Shown here piece by piece: positions 17,448 to 24,772 of a stretch of DNA of 64,000 nt (position 1 is its first letter; every line of letters begins with the position of its first letter). Below the pieces are notes generated by a model. It searched no databases. It had not been told where the DNA came from and was given only the letters and a program-made list of their open reading frames with translations. The position numbers were made by a program, and so were the translations under genes. The stretch comes from Rhabdochlamydiaceae bacterium (lineage in GTDB: Bacteria > Chlamydiota > Chlamydiia > Chlamydiales > Rhabdochlamydiaceae), in assembly GCA_019752555.1 (NCBI GenBank), contig JAIELY010000004.1, positions 21,844 to 85,843 on the forward strand, read 5' to 3'.

Positions 17448-18776
17448 TTAATCCTCACTCTTGAGCGTTAACACAGCTCGTTTAAACTCTTCTCCTCGAT
17501 GCGCATAATCCACAAACATATCAAAGCTGGAACATCCCGGGGAAAGAAGAACGCAATCCCCCGCCTCAGCGCAAGCTTTTGCCAATTGAACAGCTTCACT
17601 CAAAGATCCCGCATGATCGAAATTAAAGCTAGAGGAGAGCTCTTGATCGATCTTTTGTGCAGCCTGACCCATTGCAACAAGTCGTTTCACCTTACCTTGA
17701 AAATGCTCTTTCCAAGGAAGATAGGAAGCTCCCTTATCCACACCGCCTACAATCAGCACCACAGGGCCTTTCATCGCTTCTACCGCATGGATGACCGCAT
17801 CGACATTAGTCCCCTTGCTATCATCAAAAAACTCAACCCCTTCAATTTCCGCGACATATTCAATCCGATGGGCCGGTTTAGAAAATGTCTGCAGGGCCGC
17901 GATAAATTGTTCCGCAGTGACTCCAAACGGCTTACACAACCCCCAAGCTGCCAGTGCATTCACACTTTCATGAAGGCCTAAATTTCTATAAACATCCGGC
18001 AAAAAGTATTCAACGTTGCCACAGTATTTAGCAACGACTTTATCCGTCCATAACTGAGAACTAAAATCATCGCCCATCGTTTGCACTCGATCCGAAAGCC
18101 ATTCTCGACACATCTCATATGCCTGTGTTTGAACGAAAAACATCCCGTTTTCTTTCACACAGTGCTGCAATCGGCATTTCGCCTGAGCGTAAAGAGCCAT
18201 CGTTCGATAACGATCCAGGTGATCGGGTGTTATATTGAGCAAGACCGCAGCATCAAAGACGCGCGCTGTCAACGTCTCTAATTGATAGGAGCTTAGCTCA
18301 ACAACCAATACCTCGTTGCGATTTGGGCTCATGGCGTATGCACTAAGAGGCTCACCGACATTTCCCAATGCACGCGCTTTGATACCAGAACGATTTAAAA
18401 CATGCGCCGTTAAAAGCGTTACAGTCGTCTTTCCATTTGTTCCAGTAACTGCCACCGCAGGCTGATCGATCTCACGAAGGGCAAGCTCTGCTTCGCCTAC
18501 AATTTCAATACCCAGCTTTTTTGCCTGCAGTACAAGCGGATGCTCGGATGAAATTCCAGGGGATAGAACAAAGAGATCGCATCCTTTTAAATCGATCTTG
18601 GCTTGATCGGAGAAAACAGTCAATCCTTGTCTGCTGACCTTTTGAAACTGGGGATCATTAGAAGAGGGCAGTTTGCGGTCTGCCGCAGAGACTTCAATCC
18701 CTTTTGACTGCAAAAAATCGACAGCTGCAAGTCCACTCACTCCCAACCCAAGCACGCATGCTCTTTTCATACCCAC
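17448..18776 (-). CDS. murD: UDP-N-acetylmuramoylalanine--D-glutamate ligase
   Basis: VLGLGVSGLAAVDFL and VTGTNGKTTVT (P-loop), with SPGCSSFDMF near the C-terminus. The start could be GTG at 18776 or ATG at 18770. Confidence 0.93.
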   Translation of the reverse strand: MGMKRACVLGLGVSGLAAVDFLQSKGIEVSAADRKLPSSNDPQFQKVSRQGLTVFSDQAKIDLKGCDLFVLSPGISSEHPLVLQAKKLGIEIVGEAELALREIDQPAVAVTGTNGKTTVTLLTAHVLNRSGIKARALGNVGEPLSAYAMSPNRNEVLVVELSSYQLETLTARVFDAAVLLNITPDHLDRYRTMALYAQAKCRLQHCVKENGMFFVQTQAYEMCREWLSDRVQTMGDDFSSQLWTDKVVAKYCGNVEYFLPDVYRNLGLHESVNALAAWGLCKPFGVTAEQFIAALQTFSKPAHRIEYVAEIEGVEFFDDSKGTNVDAVIHAVEAMKGPVVLIVGGVDKGASYLPWKEHFQGKVKRLVAMGQAAQKIDQELSSSFNFDHAGSLSEAVQLAKACAEAGDCVLLSPGCSSFDMFVDYAHRGEEFKRAVLTLKSED

Positions 18777-20012
18777 CTATTGAAATTTAAGAGAAGAAAT
18801 GCCGATGATCGCAAGAATTAAACTAATGATCCAAAACCGCAAGACGATTTTCGTCTCCGGCCAACCTTTAAATTCAAAATGGTGGTGAAGCGGCGTACAC
18901 AGAAATATCCGTTTTCGATTGCGCAATTTATAACTTCCCACTTGTAAAATCACAGACATTGTCTCTGCGACAAACACCCCGCCGACAAGTGCCAACAAGA
19001 CTTCTCTGCGTAAAAGAAGCGCACAAATTCCAATAAGCCCGCCCAAAGCAAGAGATCCTGTATCTCCCATAAACACCTGTGCAGGATGTCCGTTATACCA
19101 GAGGAATCCCAAACAAGCCCCAATCATCGAAAACAGAAAAATCGCAATTTCTCCGCTCTCTTCGATGTACATGATATTTAGATAGCGCGCCATTTCAATA
19201 TTGTTTGAAAAAAAGGCAAAGACCCCAAGAACGGCTGCAACCATAACCAAACACCCAGAAGCCAGACCATCGAGCCCATCGGTTAAGTTAACAGCATTCG
19301 ATGTCCCCGTCAGTATAAACACAGAAAAACACGCAGCAATTAAAATGCCAGCACCTGTTGCAACGACAACTGGATCCTTATAAAAAGGCACGTAATACCG
19401 ACTCATATACTGCTGAGTATCAAGAGGAATCCCGACAAGATCCACTTTCCCATCTGTTTTTTTTACAACAGTTACCTGTTCCTTTGCAGCAGGAGGCACA
19501 AACCACTTACCGTGATGCAGCGACTCGGTGATAGCAGGACAATACAAATAAACGGAAATCAAGCCGCCTAAAATGATCTGAAGCAAAAGTTTTTTCTTCC
19601 CGCTAAGCCCCTTGGAATTTTTATGCTTCATTTTCAGATAATCATCGAGTCCGCCAAGAAATCCAAGCCAGACTGTAGTAACAGCCAAGATGAGTGTAAA
19701 ACTCGACCGTAGATCCATCCAGAGCACAAGCGAGACTAACATCGAAAAAAGAATCAAAATCCCGCCCATTGTCGGCGTCTCTTTTTTCTTCTCGTGTAAT
19801 TTAATCAAAGCCGGACAATCCTCAACACGAATCGACTGCCCTGTCTTTAATTCAAAAAGCTTGCGGATCACACGAGGCCCAAGAGCGATGGTGAGCAGCA
19901 AAGAGGTGAGCGCTGCCAACATCATCCGAGTTGAAGAATAAGTAAAAACTGTGGGAATTTTCAGACCCACCGCTGCTAATAATTGCTCCAAAAATAAAAT
20001 CACAGTGGACAC
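18777..20012 (-). CDS. mraY: Phospho-N-acetylmuramoyl-pentapeptide transferase, with an extra segment of about 50 aa
   Basis: TPTMGGI, LGGLDDYLK, NAVNLTDGLDGLA, MGDTGSLALGG and PLHHHFE. It has a GTG start. At 411 aa it is longer than the roughly 360 aa I expect for MraY. Confidence 0.92.
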   Translation of the reverse strand: MSTVILFLEQLLAAVGLKIPTVFTYSSTRMMLAALTSLLLTIALGPRVIRKLFELKTGQSIRVEDCPALIKLHEKKKETPTMGGILILFSMLVSLVLWMDLRSSFTLILAVTTVWLGFLGGLDDYLKMKHKNSKGLSGKKKLLLQIILGGLISVYLYCPAITESLHHGKWFVPPAAKEQVTVVKKTDGKVDLVGIPLDTQQYMSRYYVPFYKDPVVVATGAGILIAACFSVFILTGTSNAVNLTDGLDGLASGCLVMVAAVLGVFAFFSNNIEMARYLNIMYIEESGEIAIFLFSMIGACLGFLWYNGHPAQVFMGDTGSLALGGLIGICALLLRREVLLALVGGVFVAETMSVILQVGSYKLRNRKRIFLCTPLHHHFEFKGWPETKIVLRFWIISLILAIIGISSLKFQ

Positions 20013-20063
20013 AATGGGTGGTTAGGGATTAAATGCAAGAATTCGAGTCTACGGCCTCATCTT

Positions 20064-20095
20064 ACATCTAATCCCAAAATTGCAAAACAAAAAAA
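20064..20095. repeat. Copy 1 of a perfect 32-bp direct repeat
   Basis: ACATCTAATCCCAAAATTGCAAAACAAAAAAA, identical to 20488-20519. It lies between the small ORF and mraY. Confidence 0.95.
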
Positions 20096-20115
20096 TTGTC
20101 GAAGACGAGCAAGAT

Positions 20116-20439
20116 TTAAGCATTGCTCTTTGAAGGTCCAACACCCCCTTGAGACCCATAAAACACCATTAAAAACAACATCATGCAAACAGTAACAGGA
20201 GCCAACACCACCTCTAACAGATAATCTGGAATATTCATCTCCTTTTTGTCCGCTTGACATGCTGATAAAGACATTAATGTCATGGCACCAAGAGAAAACG
20301 TAAGCGCCCAATACCCAATCGCATTAAGAGCAACGGCTGTTGTCGCATTTAGAGCCGCGTTTTTAGCAGCAGAATAGGCAGCTACAGTGCCTGCAGCACA
20401 GGCAACGGACGTCCCTGCACCAACTAAATAATTAATCAT
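20116..20439 (-). CDS. Small hydrophobic membrane protein of about 107 aa, inserted between murF and mraY
   Basis: MINYLVGAGTSVACAAGTVAAYSAAKNAALNATTAVALNAIGYWALTFSLGAMTLMSLSA...LLEVVLAPVTVCMMLFLMVFYG is Ala/Gly-rich with at least 2 TM helices. The ATG at 20439 is preceded by AGGTG. The ORF-track start at 20451 is a TTG. Confidence 0.5.
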   Translation of the reverse strand: MINYLVGAGTSVACAAGTVAAYSAAKNAALNATTAVALNAIGYWALTFSLGAMTLMSLSACQADKKEMNIPDYLLEVVLAPVTVCMMLFLMVFYGSQGGVGPSKSNA

Positions 20440-20487
20440 AAACACCTGCAATTAATTTAAACTATACACATTTTCAGCTGCAATCAT

Positions 20488-20519
20488 ACATCTAATCCCA
20501 AAATTGCAAAACAAAAAAA
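20488..20519. repeat. Copy 2 of the perfect 32-bp direct repeat
   Basis: Identical to 20064-20095. It starts 4 nt from the murF stop codon. Confidence 0.95.
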
Positions 20520-20523
20520 CAGA

Positions 20524-21861
20524 TCAGTCTAAAACCTTCCAAAGCTGCAAAGAATTAGACCCTTTAATGAGCACGACATCCCCTTCTTGAGCCAATCCCA
20601 TTACCCTTATTTTAAGCTCATCGATACTCAAGAAATGCTCACCCGGCTTGTTTGCCTCTTGAAATCGACTTGCTATCAGCTTTGTAAACTCGCCTAAACA
20701 CAACACATGATCCACATGCTGCAACGCACACTCCGCTACCTCTTGGTGGCCTGCCTCTGAAAACCTTCCCATTTCGCGCATTTCACCGAGAACCGCGATC
20801 GTCTTTCCAGAAGAGTTTGGCTTAGGCAAGTTCTCAAGGGCCGCTTTCATTGAAGCGGGGTTGGCATTATAAGCATCGTTGATAAACGTGATCCCATTGC
20901 GCTTGATGCTCTCAAAGCGCTGCGGGTAAACATCCATCTTAGGTGCGCATTCCAAAATCTGATCCCAACTTAACCCCAATTCTCGAGCAACTGCGGCAGC
21001 GCCTAAGAAATTCTCGCAAAGATGCGATGCTGTAAAAGGAAGAGTAAACCAAGATGTCGCAACCCCTTTTTCCAGAATCTGAAAGCCTCTTTCTCCCCTT
21101 CTCAAAACAAAATCTTTTTCACCGCCATCTGCCTCTAGCCCATAGATCACTTTCGAGCAAGATCCCAATCCGGCAATTTCTTGAAACCCTGCCGCCTGAA
21201 CATTCATCAGGCCGACTTGAGTATTTGGATGGGAAAAAATGTCTGCTTTTTCTCGAGCAATTCCGGATAATCCGTCTGGAAAATAAGCTGCATGGGCAAG
21301 AGCTATTTTTGTAATCACGGCAATATCAGGCGGGATCATTTTAACCAATTGAGCGATATTTCCCGGCTCACTCATCCCCATCTCTACAACGCATACCTCT
21401 TCATCGAACAGATCATTGAGAATAAATAAAGGAAGACTCACCTGAGAATTCATATTGCCAGGCGTCTTTGCTGTTTTAAAAGCAGATGAGAGCAACTGAG
21501 CAATAAACTCCTTTGTCGTCGTTTTACCAACAGAGCCTGTCACCGCCACCACTTTTTTGGGATTGCTGGCGTAGGCACACGCAGCGATTTTTTGCACAGC
21601 TGCCAAGACATCATCAACAGCAAGCAAAACAAGACCAAAGTGCTCTCCTTGATACTCTTTCGAAACAAGCGCCGCATAAGCCCCTTTTTGAGCCACTTCA
21701 TGTAAATGGGCATGCCCATCGCTGCGTTGTCCTTTTAGAGCAACGAAGAGATCACCCTCTTGCACCTTGCGGCTATCTTGTTCCACTCGATGAATGACCC
21801 TCGCATCTGAAACGCTGATGTTTAACCACTCTGCTAAAGCCTTTAAAGAATGTCGATTCAT
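20524..21861 (-). CDS. murF: UDP-N-acetylmuramoyl-tripeptide--D-alanyl-D-alanine ligase
   Basis: VAVTGSVGKTTTKE (P-loop), EMGMSEPGNI and NDAYNANPASM. Confidence 0.93.
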   Translation of the reverse strand: MNRHSLKALAEWLNISVSDARVIHRVEQDSRKVQEGDLFVALKGQRSDGHAHLHEVAQKGAYAALVSKEYQGEHFGLVLLAVDDVLAAVQKIAACAYASNPKKVVAVTGSVGKTTTKEFIAQLLSSAFKTAKTPGNMNSQVSLPLFILNDLFDEEVCVVEMGMSEPGNIAQLVKMIPPDIAVITKIALAHAAYFPDGLSGIAREKADIFSHPNTQVGLMNVQAAGFQEIAGLGSCSKVIYGLEADGGEKDFVLRRGERGFQILEKGVATSWFTLPFTASHLCENFLGAAAVARELGLSWDQILECAPKMDVYPQRFESIKRNGITFINDAYNANPASMKAALENLPKPNSSGKTIAVLGEMREMGRFSEAGHQEVAECALQHVDHVLCLGEFTKLIASRFQEANKPGEHFLSIDELKIRVMGLAQEGDVVLIKGSNSLQLWKVLD

Positions 21862-22106
21862 ACACTTCCTGTTGATTAGAAATTACCCAGGCCTAAAAGA
21901 CTGTCTACGAACTCAAAAGTTATTTAGACACGTAAATCGAGGAATAACTTTAGTTGAGCTGCACTATTAGTCTGTCCTTCAATCAAAACTATATCGAACG
22001 ATGACACCAGGTTCAAGCGAGAAGAAAATACACGAGAACTTAGACTTTTCGTTATTGACTGAAAACCCCTCATTACCGCATCATCTGTCTCCATTAGTCC
22101 GATTTA

Positions 22107-22177
22107 AGGTGGCATAGCCAAGTGGTAAGGCAGAAGCCTGCAAAGCTTCCATCCTCAGTTCAAATCTGAGTGCCACC
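22107..22177 (+). tRNA. tRNA-Cys (GCA)
   Basis: Hand-folded cloverleaf. Acceptor GGTGGCA/TGCCACC; anticodon stem GAAGC/GCTTC with loop CTGCAAA (GCA at 22139-22141); T arm CTCAG-TTCAAAT-CTGAG. No CCA is encoded. Confidence 0.9.
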
Positions 22178-22201
22178 TTGTTTTTCTAAGAAGGTCCTTA
22201 A

Positions 22202-23023
22202 GTGCTGTATCTCGTTGCTACTCCCATTGGAAATCTAGCCGACATCACTTATCGCGCCGTAGAAGTGTTAAAAAATTCTGATTACATCCTTTGCGAAGAC
22301 ACCCGGCATAGCCGCCCCCTTTTGCAACACTATGCTATCGACCGTCCGCTAAAGAGCTACCACAAGTTTAATGAATCCTCCTCTCAAGAGGCTCTGATCG
22401 AAGATCTAAATGCGGGCAAACACATCGCTCTCATCAGCGATGCCGGCACTCCTACCTTGTGCGATCCTGGCTATGTATTAGTCGCGCGGTGTCTCCAAGA
22501 AGGCATTAAAGTCACAGCCTTGCCAGGCGCTTGTGCTGCCATCGTAGCGCTGACTCTATCCGGCTTTGATCCCCTCCCCTTCCAATTCGTTGGATTTCTA
22601 CCTAAAAAAAATTCCGAGCTCAAACAAGCCTTAAATCAAATTTTAATTTACGACGGGACAAGCATCGCCTACGAGAGCCCGCACCGCCTCGAAGAAACCT
22701 TAGAAGTGATAAAAGAGATCGATCCCGCCCGCACACTTTGCATTGCGCGCGAGCTCACCAAACTCTACGAAGAATGCAAGCGCGGATCTGCTCAAGAGTT
22801 GCAAACCTATTTTAAAACACATCCTCTTAAAGGCGAGTGTGTTCTTCTCTTCCAGAGGAGCACAGAAACGATTGACTGTGAACATTTGAATTTGAAAGAG
22901 CACGTAGAATTGATCTATGCCCAAGGCAACTTATCGTTAAATGATGCGATCAAGTGGGTTGCACAACTACGCAAACTCCCTAAACGCACGGTCTATCAAG
23001 CCATCCACAAAGCAAGCGATTAG
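22202..23023 (+). CDS. rsmI: 16S rRNA (cytidine1402-2'-O)-methyltransferase RsmI (tetrapyrrole-methylase fold)
   Basis: LYLVATPIGNLADITYRAVEVLKNSDYILCEDTRHSRPLL and SDAGTPTLCDPG. It has a GTG start. Confidence 0.9.
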   Translation: MLYLVATPIGNLADITYRAVEVLKNSDYILCEDTRHSRPLLQHYAIDRPLKSYHKFNESSSQEALIEDLNAGKHIALISDAGTPTLCDPGYVLVARCLQEGIKVTALPGACAAIVALTLSGFDPLPFQFVGFLPKKNSELKQALNQILIYDGTSIAYESPHRLEETLEVIKEIDPARTLCIARELTKLYEECKRGSAQELQTYFKTHPLKGECVLLFQRSTETIDCEHLNLKEHVELIYAQGNLSLNDAIKWVAQLRKLPKRTVYQAIHKASD

Positions 23024-23046
23024 CAATCTCTGGATTTAACTGCTAA
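23020..23046. promoter_or_regulatory. CIRCE-like inverted repeat, a candidate HrcA operator upstream of the orphan groEL
   Basis: TTAGCAATC-N9-AACTGCTAA compared with the CIRCE consensus TTAGCACTC-N9-GAGTGCTAA gives 8/9 and 7/9 matches. The core TTAGCA...TGCTAA is a perfect inverted repeat. It overlaps the rsmI stop and ends 84 nt upstream of the groEL ATG. Confidence 0.4.
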
Positions 23047-23129
23047 AACCTAAAGAAATTCTCTTGCATTTTTCTCACCTTAAGACGTATCCTCCTTGAA
23101 TATCACGTCCAAAGGAGGAGAACACCACT

Positions 23130-24719
23130 ATGTCTAAACCCAAAGAATTGATCTTTGAAGAAGAAGCTAGAAATAAGCTGCGCAAAGGGATTGATAAACT
23201 CGCTGATATCGTCGGCGTTACACTTGGACCCAAAGGGCGCAACGTCGGACTCCAAGCTTCTTGGGGCGCACCGAAAATCACTAATGATGGAAACAGCATC
23301 GTCCAGGACATCGAACTCAAAGACGCTTATCTCAATATGGGTGTCTCCATGGGTAAAGAGGTCGCAAGCAAAATGAAAGAAAAATGCGGCGATGGCACCA
23401 CATCGAGCATTTTACTTCTGCGGGCTCTTGTTCAAGCCGGCGTTAAAAATATCGCTTCCGGCTCTTCCCCGATCAGCTTAAAACGCGGCATGGACCAAGC
23501 GGTCGAGGCAATTGTGAAAGCGATTGAAAGCTCAGCAATTAGCATTCAAGACGAAAAAGAGATCCGCAATATTGCCATCGCATCCGCATCTGGCAACGCT
23601 CCCATCGGAGAGCTCATCACTCAAGCGATCCAAAAAGTGGGAAAATCAGGCGTCATCACTATTGAAGAGGGCAAAGGAACAGAAACTTCAATCGAAATGG
23701 TCGAAGGAATGCAATTCGACAGAGGTTATGTCAGCTCCTACTTCTGCACCAACGCAGATGCGATGTCGGTCGAAATGAGCAATCCTAAGGTTCTGCTTGT
23801 CGACAAAAAACTCTCCTCTGCGCAAGAGATCCTTCCCTTCTTACAAGCGGCTGCAAGCAGCGGGTCGGAACTGCTCATCATCGCAGAAGATTTCGAAGGG
23901 GATGTTTTATCAACGCTTGTCGTGAACCGCATCCGCGGCACATTAAAAGTAGCAGCTGTCAAATCCCCTGGATTTGGCGACCGCCGCAAAGAGCTATTAA
24001 TTGATCTCGCAGTGCTGACAGGCGGCGTCGTGATCTCTGAAGAGACAGGAATGTCTTTAAAAGAATCCGATGGATCTGTTCTGGGAGCTGCTGAAAAAAT
24101 CCTCATCACTAAAGACAAAACAACCATCGTGAACGGAGCTGGAAAGCCTATAGACATTCAAGCCCATATTAAGCACATTGAAGCTGAAATCCAAAGAACA
24201 ACAAGCTCATACGACAAAGAAAAACTCGAAGAGCGCAAAGCAAAACTCTCTGGAGGCGTTGCCGTCATCCGCGTTGGAGCTGCCACAGAGCCTGAAATGA
24301 AACAGAAAAAACAGATGTTCGAAGACAGCCTAAACTCAACACGCGCTGCGATCGAAGAAGGGATTGTCGTCGGCGGCGGCGTTGCTCTCATGCACGCTGG
24401 CAAAGCAGCCTCTTCTCTTAAGCTCGCAGGCGACGAAGCGCTCGGCGCACAGATTGTCTTTAAGGCCTGTGAAGCGCCCTTCCGACAAATTGTAATGAAT
24501 ACCGGCTTTGATCCTTCTGTCGTGCAAGACGAAGTGCTAGCAAAAGGAGCGGAGTTTGGGTTCAATGCTCAGTCGGAACAAATCGAGAATTTCATCGCAT
24601 CCGGCATCATCGACCCTGCAAAAGTTGTCAAAAATGCACTCAAATACGCAGCTTCTACAGCAGGCATCGTACTTCTTTCTGAAGTGCTCATCAGCGATGC
24701 TCCAGAAGACGAAGAATAG
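23130..24719 (+). CDS. groEL: Chaperonin GroEL paralog: orphan, no adjacent groES, no C-terminal GGM repeat
   Basis: 529 aa with GPKGRNV and DGTTSSILL (the DGTTT motif region). The C-terminus ends in DAPEDEE rather than GGM repeats. SD AAAGGAGGAG lies upstream. Confidence 0.93.
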   Translation: MSKPKELIFEEEARNKLRKGIDKLADIVGVTLGPKGRNVGLQASWGAPKITNDGNSIVQDIELKDAYLNMGVSMGKEVASKMKEKCGDGTTSSILLLRALVQAGVKNIASGSSPISLKRGMDQAVEAIVKAIESSAISIQDEKEIRNIAIASASGNAPIGELITQAIQKVGKSGVITIEEGKGTETSIEMVEGMQFDRGYVSSYFCTNADAMSVEMSNPKVLLVDKKLSSAQEILPFLQAAASSGSELLIIAEDFEGDVLSTLVVNRIRGTLKVAAVKSPGFGDRRKELLIDLAVLTGGVVISEETGMSLKESDGSVLGAAEKILITKDKTTIVNGAGKPIDIQAHIKHIEAEIQRTTSSYDKEKLEERKAKLSGGVAVIRVGAATEPEMKQKKQMFEDSLNSTRAAIEEGIVVGGGVALMHAGKAASSLKLAGDEALGAQIVFKACEAPFRQIVMNTGFDPSVVQDEVLAKGAEFGFNAQSEQIENFIASGIIDPAKVVKNALKYAASTAGIVLLSEVLISDAPEDEE

Positions 24720-24735
24720 TTCTTTCTCTTATTTG

Positions 24736-24765
24736 AAGCCTCATCCCGCTCTCGGGATGAGGCTT
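24736..24765. terminator. Bidirectional hairpin terminator between groEL and the convergent EEP gene
   Basis: AAGCCTCATCCCG (24736-24748), loop CTCT, CGGGATGAGGCTT (24753-24765): a perfect 13-bp stem. It is flanked by a TTT run on the left and TT on the right. Confidence 0.75.
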
Positions 24766-24772
24766 ATTCAGC

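Noticed and set aside
17499-17981. 160-aa plus-strand ORF
   Set aside because: It is antisense to murD, whose Mur ligase motifs are clear. The translation looks like noise.
20057-20311. 84-aa minus-strand ORF overlapping the small membrane-protein ORF
   Set aside because: It is in a different frame of the same stretch and extends through the 32-bp repeat. The translation is Cys/Gly/Val-rich with no start signals. The 20116-20439 frame has an ATG with AGGTG upstream and a coherent TM pattern.
22055-22106. TTGACT hexamer upstream of tRNA-Cys as its promoter
   Set aside because: There is no acceptable -10 hexamer 16-18 nt downstream (only GCATCA or CGCATC), so I did not call a promoter.
23738-24565. 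Two long minus-strand ORFs (139 and 135 aa) antisense to groEL
   Set aside because: They lie entirely inside a gene with unmistakable GroEL motifs. Their translations are low-complexity and Ser/Ala/Pro-rich, with no start context. This is the typical antisense open-frame artefact.
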